Position numbers and translations under genes: made by a program
Part shown: positions 1-8,260 of the stretch, in pieces
How the letters are laid out: every line of letters starts with the position of its first letter
How positions within the stretch are numbered: the first letter of the stretch is position 1
Notes under the pieces: generated by a model
Seen by the model: the letters and a program-made list of their open reading frames with translations, nothing else
Told to the model about the DNA's origin: nothing
The model's database searches: none
Source: a virus
Virus record (IMG/VR): IMGVR_UViG_3300012665_001507
Length of the DNA stretch: 64,000 nt
Direction: 5' to 3' (one strand)

Positions 1-309
1 ATAACTGAAGTGGTAAAAAGACTTATGGTAAATGCTCACGCTAAAAAATCAGTGAAACAAATCATAGTCGTTTATAACAAACTGATAATCTATAATGAGG
101 AACAGTTTGATATGGTACTATGTAAGAACTTAGAAGACGCACAAAGATTACACCACACACTAGCCAAGATTGCAAAGAAACAAAAGATTAAAAGTCTTAT
201 GTTTATGGGTACCGCATCTCCAGCAACCATAAGTAGAATGTATGATATGATACACGAAGAAACTGGTTGGCCTTATATTAAAATAAGAAGGACCAGTACA
301 CGTCCGTAG
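1..309 (+). CDS. Hypothetical protein, probably 5'-truncated by the window edge
   Basis: The frame is open from base 1 (ATA ACT GAA GTG...) to TAG at 307-309; convergent with the minus-strand block. Confidence 0.6.
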   Translation: MTEVVKRLMVNAHAKKSVKQIIVVYNKLIIYNEEQFDMVLCKNLEDAQRLHHTLAKIAKKQKIKSLMFMGTASPATISRMYDMIHEETGWPYIKIRRTSTRP

Positions 310-324
310 TACCAGTCCTTATTT

Positions 325-516
325 TTATTTGAAAAGTCCTTCTAGTTTCCCAACCAAAACAGCAATCCTTGCATTGTTTCGATTAATAACCTCTTGAAGG
401 TGTTGTGGAATATTAGTTACATATTCTGATTTAATTTTAGAGTTCTCTCTCTGTAGCATATCGCTTTCTCTAACACATTCGTCATAGATAATAGCTTTTT
501 GGTTATTGTCCATCAT
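325..516 (-). CDS. Small hypothetical protein (coiled-coil-like)
   Basis: 63 aa ORF overlapping the end of the upstream minus-strand gene. Confidence 0.6.
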   Translation of the reverse strand: MMDNNQKAIIYDECVRESDMLQRENSKIKSEYVTNIPQHLQEVINRNNARIAVLVGKLEGLFK

Positions 517-880
517 TTAAAAAATTTTCTATTTTTATTAAACCATCAAACCCAGATTGATTTTTGCTGGATAAAACAATTTCATTATTGTTTAGGTTTT
601 CATCAAATACTATTTTGTAATGTGCTAGATATTTGTTTTTGCCTTTTGTTCTATAAAATAACATGTGTTGAAGCATTGAATCGTGAACTAGCGGATGAGC
701 CGTAATTGTGTCAAATTCAATAACTGTTTCTTGAAACGCTGTAGCTATTTTATTTCTCAACATATTGACCATAGTCAATAATGTAGAATTCCAATCAAAT
801 TGTGCGGTATATGAGTCTAATGTTGGCCATGATTCTTTCCAACCTAGATAATCCCATGTCAATGCAATTTTTGTATTCAT
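503..880 (-). CDS. Hypothetical protein
   Basis: 125 aa ORF; TAATG coupling with the upstream gene at 880. Confidence 0.65.
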   Translation of the reverse strand: MNTKIALTWDYLGWKESWPTLDSYTAQFDWNSTLLTMVNMLRNKIATAFQETVIEFDTITAHPLVHDSMLQHMLFYRTKGKNKYLAHYKIVFDENLNNNEIVLSSKNQSGFDGLIKIENFLNDGQ

Positions 881-1233
881 TAGTCACAGTTGCATTTACC
901 ATCTGGGTTTTCACCGCAATCACATGGTTTTACTTCTTCACCTATCTCGATATCTTCATCTGCGACATCGATGTCTAGTCCTACTGCAAAACTTTCTTTG
1001 ATTTCTTCAACCATCTTATTGATTTTTTCCATGTCAGCTTCTGCTACGACAAGTGGATTGATGCACTCAATTCTTTCCTCACCTTTGGTTGGTAAGAAGA
1101 ATGCTAAAGCGTTAGCGTTTTTATGAGCTAACAAATTGTTTACCGATTCAGCGAATGGCTGAATAATTTCTGGCATTTTCATCATATCTGCATCCAAGTA
1201 GAATACGATGATTAGTGGATAACTTTCTTTCAT
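880..1233 (-). CDS. Hypothetical protein with a C-terminal Cys cluster (CDCG...CNC)
   Basis: 117 aa ORF with an A-rich leader, an acidic linker and a 4-Cys tail. Confidence 0.7.
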   Translation of the reverse strand: MKESYPLIIVFYLDADMMKMPEIIQPFAESVNNLLAHKNANALAFFLPTKGEERIECINPLVVAEADMEKINKMVEEIKESFAVGLDIDVADEDIEIGEEVKPCDCGENPDGKCNCD

Positions 1234-1238
1234 TTGTT

Positions 1239-1478
1239 TTATTTATTATATGTTGTTATTTCTTCAATGATTTCATTTAATACGGAGTTGTTCAATGGTG
1301 TAGCTATTTCTAAAAGAAGCATATTTACTCTTTCTTTTTTAGCTTGATTACCAATTTCATTAAAACATTGGGTATTGATTCCATCAACTGTTACATATAT
1401 TAAATACTCACTAATGTAGTTTTTTCCCCTTTTTCGACTATAAAATCGGTCAATTTCTTTTACTATGATTTTTTGCAT
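1239..1478 (-). CDS. Hypothetical protein (start re-called to MQKII at 1478)
   Basis: The track start at 1547 lies inside the terminator hairpin; ATG at 1478 follows a promoter-like motif at 1493-1523. Confidence 0.6.
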   Translation of the reverse strand: MQKIIVKEIDRFYSRKRGKNYISEYLIYVTVDGINTQCFNEIGNQAKKERVNMLLLEIATPLNNSVLNEIIEEITTYNK

Positions 1479-1533
1479 TGTTTGAATTTTCACAACAATA
1501 CCCAAAAATTTTAAACATGTAAAGTCTATAAAC

Positions 1534-1560
1534 AAAAAAAACCTCATAAAGAGGTTTTTT
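1534..1560 (-). terminator. Intrinsic terminator after the DUF2828 gene and RNA candidate
   Basis: AAAAAAAACCTC-ATAAA-GAGGTTTTTT hairpin with a U-tract on the minus strand (also U6 on plus). Confidence 0.8.
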
Positions 1561-1758
1561 ATACTAATTCACAAGATGCGGGGGCATTTACTTCAAACCC
1601 TGTTAGAAGGTTTGCACATTAAAAAAAAATTGTTAGAGGTCGTGCACACCTACGTTGTCTATGTAGCTAATTGAATTTTTGTAGTTTGCTTGCTGCATAC
1701 ACCTTTTAGCCGAATTAGTATTAGATAAGTTGCGGGGCAGTTTCCCACCCCACCCTTA
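1561..1758 (-). ncRNA. Candidate structured ncRNA (Y-RNA-like partner of the adjacent Ro60/TROVE-related protein)
   Basis: Perfect 10-bp end-to-end stem (1561-1570 with 1712-1721), inner helix AAGGUGU/GCAUCUU, hairpin at 1594-1614 and GAAA-tetraloop hairpin at 1732-1753; several G-U pairs work only on the minus strand; no ORF; ends at a terminator. Confidence 0.55.
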
Positions 1759-3210
1759 TTAAACCGTTACTACAGAGTAACGTTCAGAGTCGATAACTGA
1801 CATCATCATTGAGATTGGTGTCATGTCTTTACCACCTAACAAGTTAGTAAGTAAAGCTGGGCTGAACCCAGATACCAAAGCAGTACCATTCGTATCGAAG
1901 TGAACTGGTTTGTTGTTATCGCCCCTAGATTGGATGTTCCAATATACGATGTTAGGCATTTTGTACCCAGCATCTTCGTACATTGTACGAATCATCTCTT
2001 GAGCAGTTGGATTCCAAGCACTAGTGCTACGGTAACCGTTAGTTGCCGAATTGAATTCCATATCTGACAAGATAAGAATCATCGTTGGCATCTCATCCTC
2101 AGAAACATTCGAAGCTTTTGCTTTTGACAACACAAGCTTGAATACTGCCTCTAAGTTTGTAGACATCGCCCAATCAGCTCTCGCTAATTGATTGTATCTC
2201 TCGTTCAACGAACCCTTAAGGATTTGAAGAGTTGGAGATTCAGAGAACGTTACGAAAGCGTCTTGGAATGGACCAACGTTTCTTTCAGAGATGTATAACC
2301 CCAAAGAGATTGCTACATCCATACAAGTTACGTTAGCGTTTCCACCCGCAGCGGTTTCCATTGACCCCGAAACGTCAACAACTGGAAGTACTCTTTCCGC
2401 ACTACCTTCCATAAAGTTAGGTAAAGCATCCCATTGTACATTAGCACCTTTGGTATTACCTTGTTTAAGGTTTTTCACGATGTCGTATGGGTACACCGCA
2501 CCAGCGTTAATTTTAGCTTCCCCTTTCTCAACCGAAGTTAAGTAAGATTGGAAACGTTCCAAGTCATTCTTTGAGAACGCTTTCATCAAGTCACTCATTG
2601 CTTTTGAAGGCAATTTAGAGTACTCAATTTTAGACCACTCTTTAGCACACATCAATTGCTCAACGGTGTTAGAGTTTTCAGCTAACAATTTACGGTACTC
2701 TTTTGGAGTTAACCCTAAATGTTTTCTCAAAGCAGTTGCCCATCTTTTCTTTTCACGGTTTTCTACGTTTGGACGTGGCATCCATTTAGCACAAAGACCA
2801 TCTTTGTTATTCAAAGCTGTAGCGATTAACGCCAAAGCATCAGACTCCAAAGCTGTCCCAACAAGCACTAACAAGTCATCCCAACGACCAAACTCATTAA
2901 TCAAGTGCAAGTTTTTACGTAACGTTTCCGTTCTGTTTTCAGCTAAGTATTCGATGATATCACGGAAAACTTTACGTTCCCCAGCACCACCTCTTACGTC
3001 ACGTGCCCAGAATAAAAGACGCATCGCAGTCAACGTATCTTCACTAAATGCTTTGGTGAAAACGTTGATTAAACGTTGTTTGTCTTGACCTCTCATAGCC
3101 CCAATCTGGAAGAATAAATCAACACAGTGGTTCAATGAAGAAGAATTAGTAGACATTCCGTTTTCAGTTAACGAATTTTTTGTTTGCATAGCATTTAATA
3201 ATGTACTCAT
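1759..3210 (-). CDS. DUF2828-family protein: Ro60/TROVE-related helical domain plus C-terminal vWA domain
   Basis: Motifs TENG, RDVRGGAGER, GRWDDL, AKWMPR, vWA MIDAS DVSGSM, SDMEF, YWN and LVSGFSP. Confidence 0.85.
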   Translation of the reverse strand: MSTLLNAMQTKNSLTENGMSTNSSSLNHCVDLFFQIGAMRGQDKQRLINVFTKAFSEDTLTAMRLLFWARDVRGGAGERKVFRDIIEYLAENRTETLRKNLHLINEFGRWDDLLVLVGTALESDALALIATALNNKDGLCAKWMPRPNVENREKKRWATALRKHLGLTPKEYRKLLAENSNTVEQLMCAKEWSKIEYSKLPSKAMSDLMKAFSKNDLERFQSYLTSVEKGEAKINAGAVYPYDIVKNLKQGNTKGANVQWDALPNFMEGSAERVLPVVDVSGSMETAAGGNANVTCMDVAISLGLYISERNVGPFQDAFVTFSESPTLQILKGSLNERYNQLARADWAMSTNLEAVFKLVLSKAKASNVSEDEMPTMILILSDMEFNSATNGYRSTSAWNPTAQEMIRTMYEDAGYKMPNIVYWNIQSRGDNNKPVHFDTNGTALVSGFSPALLTNLLGGKDMTPISMMMSVIDSERYSVVTV

Positions 3211-3251
3211 GATTAATGATTTTAGAATTTTAGTTATTTATTTAAGTGGTA

Positions 3252-3282
3252 CAAAGGTACGAACTTAATTCTCGTTTTGCAA
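3252..3282 (-). promoter_or_regulatory. Bacteroidetes-type housekeeping (early) promoter for DUF2828
   Basis: TTGC-N19-TACCTTTG on the minus strand. Confidence 0.8.
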
Positions 3283-3312
3283 GTTTTTTTTAAACTTTTT
3301 TTAAAATATTTT

Positions 3313-3837
3313 TTAAATCTTTGTCAACCAAGCAATTACAGTGTTTGTCGTGTTTTGAATATTGTGAAACTCAGCTTGAGATATCGCAGCATCTGAAACA
3401 AAATAAAAACCAACCTGTGCACTATAATGACTACCACCAAATGGTTGGAAGTAATACAAAGAAAGTGTTTTGTTTGTTGAAGCAACACCAGCTGTTAATT
3501 GATACGGTCTGACCGCCCCATTGTTTAATGTGTAGTTGTTATTTGACACAAAACGAATAGTATCGTTAGGGTATGATGTAGAAAAAGCGGTAACCACTTT
3601 TGTCAGAACCCATGTTGTACCAACCAATTCGTTGCTAGTAGGTGTTGTACCCCAGTTAGGTAATGTACCACCATTTCCGTATTGGTCTTGCCAATTTGTT
3701 GTATCAGTAACTGGTGGTGTCCCAGGACCGTAATTACCAGGTGTTATCTCATCTTTACTACAACTAGTAATTAACATTGCTAATAACACAAATAGTATGG
3801 CAACAATAGCCCATCTTTTAAAATTAGAATTTTCCAT
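3313..3837 (-). CDS. Predicted lipoprotein with a lipocalin-like beta domain
   Basis: Basic/hydrophobic signal, lipobox LITS-C then CSKDE; LVGTTWVLTK motif typical of lipocalin-like Bacteroidetes lipoproteins. Confidence 0.7.
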   Translation of the reverse strand: MENSNFKRWAIVAILFVLLAMLITSCSKDEITPGNYGPGTPPVTDTTNWQDQYGNGGTLPNWGTTPTSNELVGTTWVLTKVVTAFSTSYPNDTIRFVSNNNYTLNNGAVRPYQLTAGVASTNKTLSLYYFQPFGGSHYSAQVGFYFVSDAAISQAEFHNIQNTTNTVIAWLTKI

Positions 3838-3855
3838 TTTTATTAATTTAGATTA

Positions 3856-3886
3856 CAAAGGTAGTAAATGTTTTTGTAACTACCAA
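3856..3886 (-). promoter_or_regulatory. Bacteroidetes-type promoter
   Basis: TTGG-N19-TACCTTTG. Confidence 0.75.
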
Positions 3887-3887
3887 A

Positions 3888-4502
3888 TTATTTTACAAAA
3901 TTTCTAATATATTTTGTTCTATGGTATCTATTGGCCCCGATTTCTTTAAGTGCAGCAATATGGTCTGGTGTCAAATAACCTTTGTTGCCTTCCCAATTAT
4001 ACTTCGGAAATTTTTCACCCAACTTGGTCATATACTCATCACGTCTAACCTTAGCAACAATAGCAGCTGCTGCTATACATGTATACGTATCATCACCTTT
4101 AGGTACTAGCGTCATCATGTGGTCATACTTTTCTTCATCAGAGTATGTTTCCCATGCAACACCATCAACAAGGATGTGTTGTGGTTTAACATTTAATTCT
4201 GCCAAACATTTATACATTGTTTTGTATGTTGCTTTATCGATACCCATTTCATTGATATCACCGACAGACCCAGCATTGCATGAAACACTAATAGCGTTAT
4301 CCATTATTAGTTTGTACGCTTCATCTCTTTGTTTTGGTGAAAGTTTTTTTGAATCTCTGATAAGTGGTGACTTAAAACCTTTCGGCATAATAACAGCAGC
4401 CGTTACTACAGGACCAGCACCACAGCCTCGTCCAACCTCATCTAACCCAGCAACAAATTCAAAGTCACCGTAATCTTCTAATATTTTTTTCTCTTTTGCC
4501 AT
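3888..4502 (-). CDS. rnhB: Ribonuclease HII
   Basis: GLDEVGRG, GPVV, DSKKL, VDG, KGD, AAAIVAKVRRD and KGY motifs. Confidence 0.95.
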   Translation of the reverse strand: MAKEKKILEDYGDFEFVAGLDEVGRGCGAGPVVTAAVIMPKGFKSPLIRDSKKLSPKQRDEAYKLIMDNAISVSCNAGSVGDINEMGIDKATYKTMYKCLAELNVKPQHILVDGVAWETYSDEEKYDHMMTLVPKGDDTYTCIAAAAIVAKVRRDEYMTKLGEKFPKYNWEGNKGYLTPDHIAALKEIGANRYHRTKYIRNFVK

Positions 4503-4506
4503 ATCA

Positions 4507-4537
4507 CAAAGGTACTAAAAATATTTTAATTATACAA
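4507..4537 (-). promoter_or_regulatory. Bacteroidetes-type promoter, probably giving a leaderless rnhB mRNA
   Basis: TTGT-N19-TACCTTTG ending 4 nt before the ATG. Confidence 0.75.
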
Positions 4538-4757
4538 CTGCTTTGATTAGTTTAACGATAATACCACCAATTGCGATTTCAAATTCATCGTTAGGTATAA
4601 ACTCCACAGTCATTGGGTTGAACATGTGAAAGATTTCTTCGTTTAAATTGATATGGTCAGCTTCTAAAAGCTCATAAGTTAAGGTTAACCCAGTTTTATA
4701 TATTGTTTCATCATTTACTATTGATGTAACGGTTGTGATTAAGTCTTCGTATTTCAT
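4530..4757 (-). CDS. Hypothetical protein
   Basis: 75 aa ORF, TAATG-coupled to the upstream gene. Confidence 0.7.
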   Translation of the reverse strand: MKYEDLITTVTSIVNDETIYKTGLTLTYELLEADHINLNEEIFHMFNPMTVEFIPNDEFEIAIGGIIVKLIKAVV

Positions 4758-4975
4758 TAGAATTTAGTAAATATTTTTTTTAAACCTAACATGAAGCGTT
4801 CACCCCATGTTTTTTTAATTATTTTTGCTTTACCTGGATTCTTTTTAATTTCTTGACCCAAACCACTTTTTAATTCATTAATGAATTGGTTTTTCTTAAG
4901 TGCTGTTTTGTATTTTTCAACAAGCATATCTTTTTCTGCTTGAGTTGATTCTCTACTAATCATTTTTTCATTCAT
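4757..4975 (-). CDS. Small basic hypothetical protein
   Basis: 72 aa Lys-rich ORF. Confidence 0.7.
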   Translation of the reverse strand: MNEKMISRESTQAEKDMLVEKYKTALKKNQFINELKSGLGQEIKKNPGKAKIIKKTWGERFMLGLKKIFTKF

Positions 4976-5048
4976 AATAAAACTTTTTTTAAATATAGTT
5001 GTTTTTAATCAATATGTAAACACTTTTGTCTTTGTATCTATAGGTAAA

Positions 5049-5240
5049 TTATTTAATAATGTTCTTCTTGTTAGAATTTTTAACAAAATCAAGTTCGTCA
5101 GTAAATGACCAAAGTTTATCACCCTTTTTTCTTTTGTAATAAACGTCAGAACCACCAATATCTCGTAATTGATATTGATACTCTGTTGTTTTACCCTCAG
5201 ACAATAAATAAACCAACCTTTCTCTTATAAATTCTTTCAT
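5049..5240 (-). CDS. Small late protein with a CTS-like N-terminus (MKEFIRERLVYLLSE)
   Basis: ATG at 5240, 15 nt after the TATTTATA motif. Confidence 0.65.
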   Translation of the reverse strand: MKEFIRERLVYLLSEGKTTEYQYQLRDIGGSDVYYKRKKGDKLWSFTDELDFVKNSNKKNIIK

Positions 5241-5255
5241 CAACAATTATTTCTA

Positions 5256-5263
5256 TATAAATA
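5256..5263 (-). promoter_or_regulatory. Putative phage late promoter TATTTATA
   Basis: Recurrent motif mostly 13-16 nt upstream of late/structural genes, always on the coding strand. Confidence 0.65.
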
Positions 5264-5294
5264 TTGACTAATACTATTAGAATCACTATATTTG
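5264..5294 (+). promoter_or_regulatory. Bacteroidetes-type promoter, back-to-back with a late promoter
   Basis: TTGA-N19-TATATTTG. Confidence 0.75.
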
Positions 5295-5306
5295 AAACAA
5301 AAACAT

Positions 5307-5648
5307 ATGACAACACTTATTTTTATCTTAATTTGCTATGGTGCCTGTAATAATTTGATTTACGGGTCCATTTTTGAAGGCTGGCGAAATCGTCTAGCAA
5401 AATTTGGAACTGGAGGTTACAGTTTCCATAAATTATTTACATGTTTCATGTGCTTAGGCACTTGGATGGGATTTGCTGTCTCGGCAATCATGTCCTATTT
5501 CGGATATGCACATTTAACACCAATTGGTTCAATCGGTGTTGAAAACGTATATTTGATAGTTTTCTTAAACGGGTTATTAGCAACTGGAGGTGTATGGTTA
5601 ATCCATACTGTACAGGAAGCGTTTGAACGAGCTTTTACTGAAAAGTAA
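5307..5648 (+). CDS. Small multi-pass membrane protein with CxxC (DUF1360-like)
   Basis: Hydrophobic helices and a FTCFMCLGTW motif; start re-called to ATG 5307, downstream of the promoter. Confidence 0.65.
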   Translation: MTTLIFILICYGACNNLIYGSIFEGWRNRLAKFGTGGYSFHKLFTCFMCLGTWMGFAVSAIMSYFGYAHLTPIGSIGVENVYLIVFLNGLLATGGVWLIHTVQEAFERAFTEK

Positions 5649-5665
5649 TACAAACACCCACAAAA

Positions 5666-5699
5666 AATAAAAGAGCTCCTATATGGGGCTCTTTTTATT
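5666..5699. terminator. Bidirectional intrinsic terminator
   Basis: AATAAAAGAGCTCC-TATAT-GGGGCTCTTTTTATT between convergent genes. Confidence 0.8.
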
Positions 5700-6457
5700 T
5701 AAAATCCTTTTGAATCTATGCATTTATCGCACGCTTCATCTGGGCCGCAATCACAATCGGTATCGTATGATTCACTTAACACCATCTCTGGTTTCCTTTT
5801 TGGTGGTAACTCAACCTTGTTCTGCACTTTGGCTGGAACTGTAGGTTTTCGTCCATTGCGAATCGCTTTCATGTTTCGTTCAGCTCTAGCTTCTTCTTCT
5901 AGAATTTCACGTTCTTCTTCTGTAAGTTCAATTGGGTTACCATTCTCATCTAAGTATTGGGATGGATTGGTTAAATTCCCTTGTTGGCTAGGAACGGTTT
6001 CTTCGATTATTTCTTCCTCGAATGTTTCCGTTACTGGTATTGGCGATATTTCATCAATTTCCATATCAATATCAAAATCGTTTATGTTACCAACCAATTC
6101 TTCTTCAGCAAACGTAAATTTAAGTCGAGTTAATTTAGCTAAAGTATTTTTTTTAAACACTTCTTTTAATTCATTTACTTTTACACGTAAAAGTTCATGT
6201 TTTTTCTCTCGTTCTAAATTCAATTTGATTACTTTATCAACATAGGTTAATAAGTCATCTAAACCAATGTTTGGTGATTCACTGAATAACATATAGTAAT
6301 TCATAGTTTCATCACCTTTGGCCATTTTTACGTTATTATCAGCTGGAACTGACCAACCTTCTTTAAATACAGCATCAACTACTGGCGTACCCTCTACGTA
6401 TCGAATTCCAATTACGTATGGTTGAAGTGAGTCTAATGTTTTTTGTATGTTTGACAT
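5699..6457 (-). CDS. Hypothetical protein: coiled coil, acidic linker and C-terminal CDCG...CDKC
   Basis: 252 aa ORF. Confidence 0.75.
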   Translation of the reverse strand: MSNIQKTLDSLQPYVIGIRYVEGTPVVDAVFKEGWSVPADNNVKMAKGDETMNYYMLFSESPNIGLDDLLTYVDKVIKLNLEREKKHELLRVKVNELKEVFKKNTLAKLTRLKFTFAEEELVGNINDFDIDMEIDEISPIPVTETFEEEIIEETVPSQQGNLTNPSQYLDENGNPIELTEEEREILEEEARAERNMKAIRNGRKPTVPAKVQNKVELPPKRKPEMVLSESYDTDCDCGPDEACDKCIDSKGF

Positions 6458-6462
6458 AGGTT

Positions 6463-6675
6463 TTATAGTTTAATACCAGTGAAGATTACTGTTAAAATAT
6501 ACGCCACAGATATACCCAATAAAACCAATGATGTATTTCGTAATCTATATTTAGTTGGTTCCTCTTCTACCGATGGGAACAACGATTGAATAAAATAATA
6601 TGTATGTCTAATTGTGTTAAGACACGCCATAAATAAAAACATTATTAATATTTTATTAAGTATAACTGTTAGCAT
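6463..6675 (-). CDS. Small two-TM membrane protein
   Basis: 70 aa with two hydrophobic segments. Confidence 0.65.
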   Translation of the reverse strand: MLTVILNKILIMFLFMACLNTIRHTYYFIQSLFPSVEEEPTKYRLRNTSLVLLGISVAYILTVIFTGIKL

Positions 6676-6686
6676 ATTTTTAGTTA

Positions 6687-6863
6687 TTAAGCTTCTTTAT
6701 TTTTAGCAGAAACTTCTAATCTCATAGCTTGAGCTAAAGTTCTAACTTCTTGTAACGTTTTTCTAACTCTTACGCCAGCAGCTTTGTTACCTTTTTCGTA
6801 AAATTTTGTTACATCCTCTTCCATTGAAGCGATAAGTGTTTTTAAATCATTAAAATTTTCCAT
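6687..6863 (-). CDS. Histone H1-like (Hc1 family) DNA-binding protein, missed by the ORF track
   Basis: Manual translation: MENFNDLKTLIASMEEDVTKFYEKGNKAAGVRVRKTLQEVRTLAQAMRLEVSAKNKEA*; GNKAAGxRxRK is the Hc1 signature; fills the gap between its neighbours exactly. Confidence 0.85.
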   Translation of the reverse strand: MENFNDLKTLIASMEEDVTKFYEKGNKAAGVRVRKTLQEVRTLAQAMRLEVSAKNKEA

Positions 6864-6864
6864 T

Positions 6865-7098
6865 TTAGTTTTCTTTTTTGTTTTCGTTATTTTCGTTATT
6901 GTTTACTGAAACCATTGAATTGAATTTTTCAATGTTGGTTTCTATAGCGGATAATTGACCCACTAATTGTCTAATTCTGTATGATTTACTTTCGATATCA
7001 TCATCAGAAGCAATTACTCTTTCTAAGTCATCCTCGATTTTTAATTTCTCGGTTGACCAATCTAAAAGTACTACGTTAAAAAGTCTTTGTGTATTCAT
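6865..7098 (-). CDS. Small coiled-coil hypothetical protein
   Basis: 77 aa ORF directly upstream of Hc1. Confidence 0.7.
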   Translation of the reverse strand: MNTQRLFNVVLLDWSTEKLKIEDDLERVIASDDDIESKSYRIRQLVGQLSAIETNIEKFNSMVSVNNNENNENKKEN

Positions 7099-7149
7099 AA
7101 GGCAATATTACACAATTATTTCTGAAAATAAATAGTTAAACCTAAAATT

Positions 7150-7623
7150 TTATGCAAATTTCAAGGATTTTTCAAAAATAGTGTAAATTTCGATAAGGGT
7201 ATCAACGTCTGAGTTCGTTTTTGTTTTGGTGAAGTCGAATATGTCTGACCATATTCTAAGTATCCCTTTATCTGTGTAATCGAATGGTTTTTTTTCTTTA
7301 TATGAATAGAAAACCTCAAGTGTAAACTCTAAAAAGTAGTTGTACAACTTGGGGTTTTCAATATTGATACCTTCTTTGGCAAAATTATCAACGGTTTTTC
7401 CCCAACACCACTGAAAGTGGTTGAATTGAGCATCGTAGTCCGTAACCTCATCCCCTAAGTATGTGTCAAAGACACGCATTAGAAGTGATTGCACAAAATC
7501 ACTATAAAGCTCACATTTTTCGAACTTTATATTATTTGCTGCAAACAATACTGACACACTCTCTTTACTCATAGGGCTGTTGATATATGCTAAGAAACTT
7601 GTTCTATCATATTTGTTATTCAT
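7150..7623 (-). CDS. Hypothetical protein
   Basis: 157 aa ORF with an A-rich leader. Confidence 0.75.
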   Translation of the reverse strand: MNNKYDRTSFLAYINSPMSKESVSVLFAANNIKFEKCELYSDFVQSLLMRVFDTYLGDEVTDYDAQFNHFQWCWGKTVDNFAKEGINIENPKLYNYFLEFTLEVFYSYKEKKPFDYTDKGILRIWSDIFDFTKTKTNSDVDTLIEIYTIFEKSLKFA

Positions 7624-7670
7624 ATTGTTTATTTTAATTTAATATAAGTCTTAAATTAAAAAAATAAATG

Positions 7671-8258
7671 TTAAACTAAGTCAGATGACTCAATTAATGT
7701 ATAAGTAAAAGATTTACCGTGTATTGCAGCCGCTTTACGACAGATACTCATAAATTCTTCAAAGTCAGCAGATTTTTTAAACACTTGACATCCTTCTGAC
7801 CAGTTTTCAACATATGTTGAATCAGCACCAGCTTTGTGAATGTTAATACCAAAGATACCTTCTTGGATTTTAGACTCATCATAAGTCATGTCTTTGTTAG
7901 CGTCTCTATAAACTTTAACATTTTTAGCTTGTTTAAGTGCCTCATATTTTCCTTGGTGCAAACCTAAAGTGTGTGAACCTCTATATTGTCCTTCTACTAA
8001 TCTAGCAACACCAGCTGCATTATGGTATTCTTTAACACCTTTTGTTCCTGGGTCTGTTGTACATGCCCATGTTTTGAATTTCCATTCACCGTTCTCTTTG
8101 TACGATACTGTCATGTGGTCGTCAAAAACATTTGTTACTTTATTTCCAGTTGATGAGTTTCTAACACCTACGATGTTCACATCAAAATCTTTAGCTCCTT
8201 CGAACCAAGCATATCCTTTAGCTTTTACAGCTTTTTCTATTTGTTCTCTTGTATACAT
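7671..8258 (-). CDS. YkuD/L,D-transpeptidase-like peptidoglycan enzyme
   Basis: INIHKAG...NWSEGCQV resembles the His...SxGC catalytic motif; start re-called to MYTREQ at 8258, 2 nt after the GH19 stop. Confidence 0.6.
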   Translation of the reverse strand: MYTREQIEKAVKAKGYAWFEGAKDFDVNIVGVRNSSTGNKVTNVFDDHMTVSYKENGEWKFKTWACTTDPGTKGVKEYHNAAGVARLVEGQYRGSHTLGLHQGKYEALKQAKNVKVYRDANKDMTYDESKIQEGIFGINIHKAGADSTYVENWSEGCQVFKKSADFEEFMSICRKAAAIHGKSFTYTLIESSDLV

Positions 8259-8260
8259 AA

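Noticed and set aside
1561-1758. Possible tRNA or canonical Y RNA
   Set aside because: I could not find a cloverleaf, a T-loop GTTCRA in context or the canonical Ro-binding helix; it is kept only as a novel structured RNA candidate
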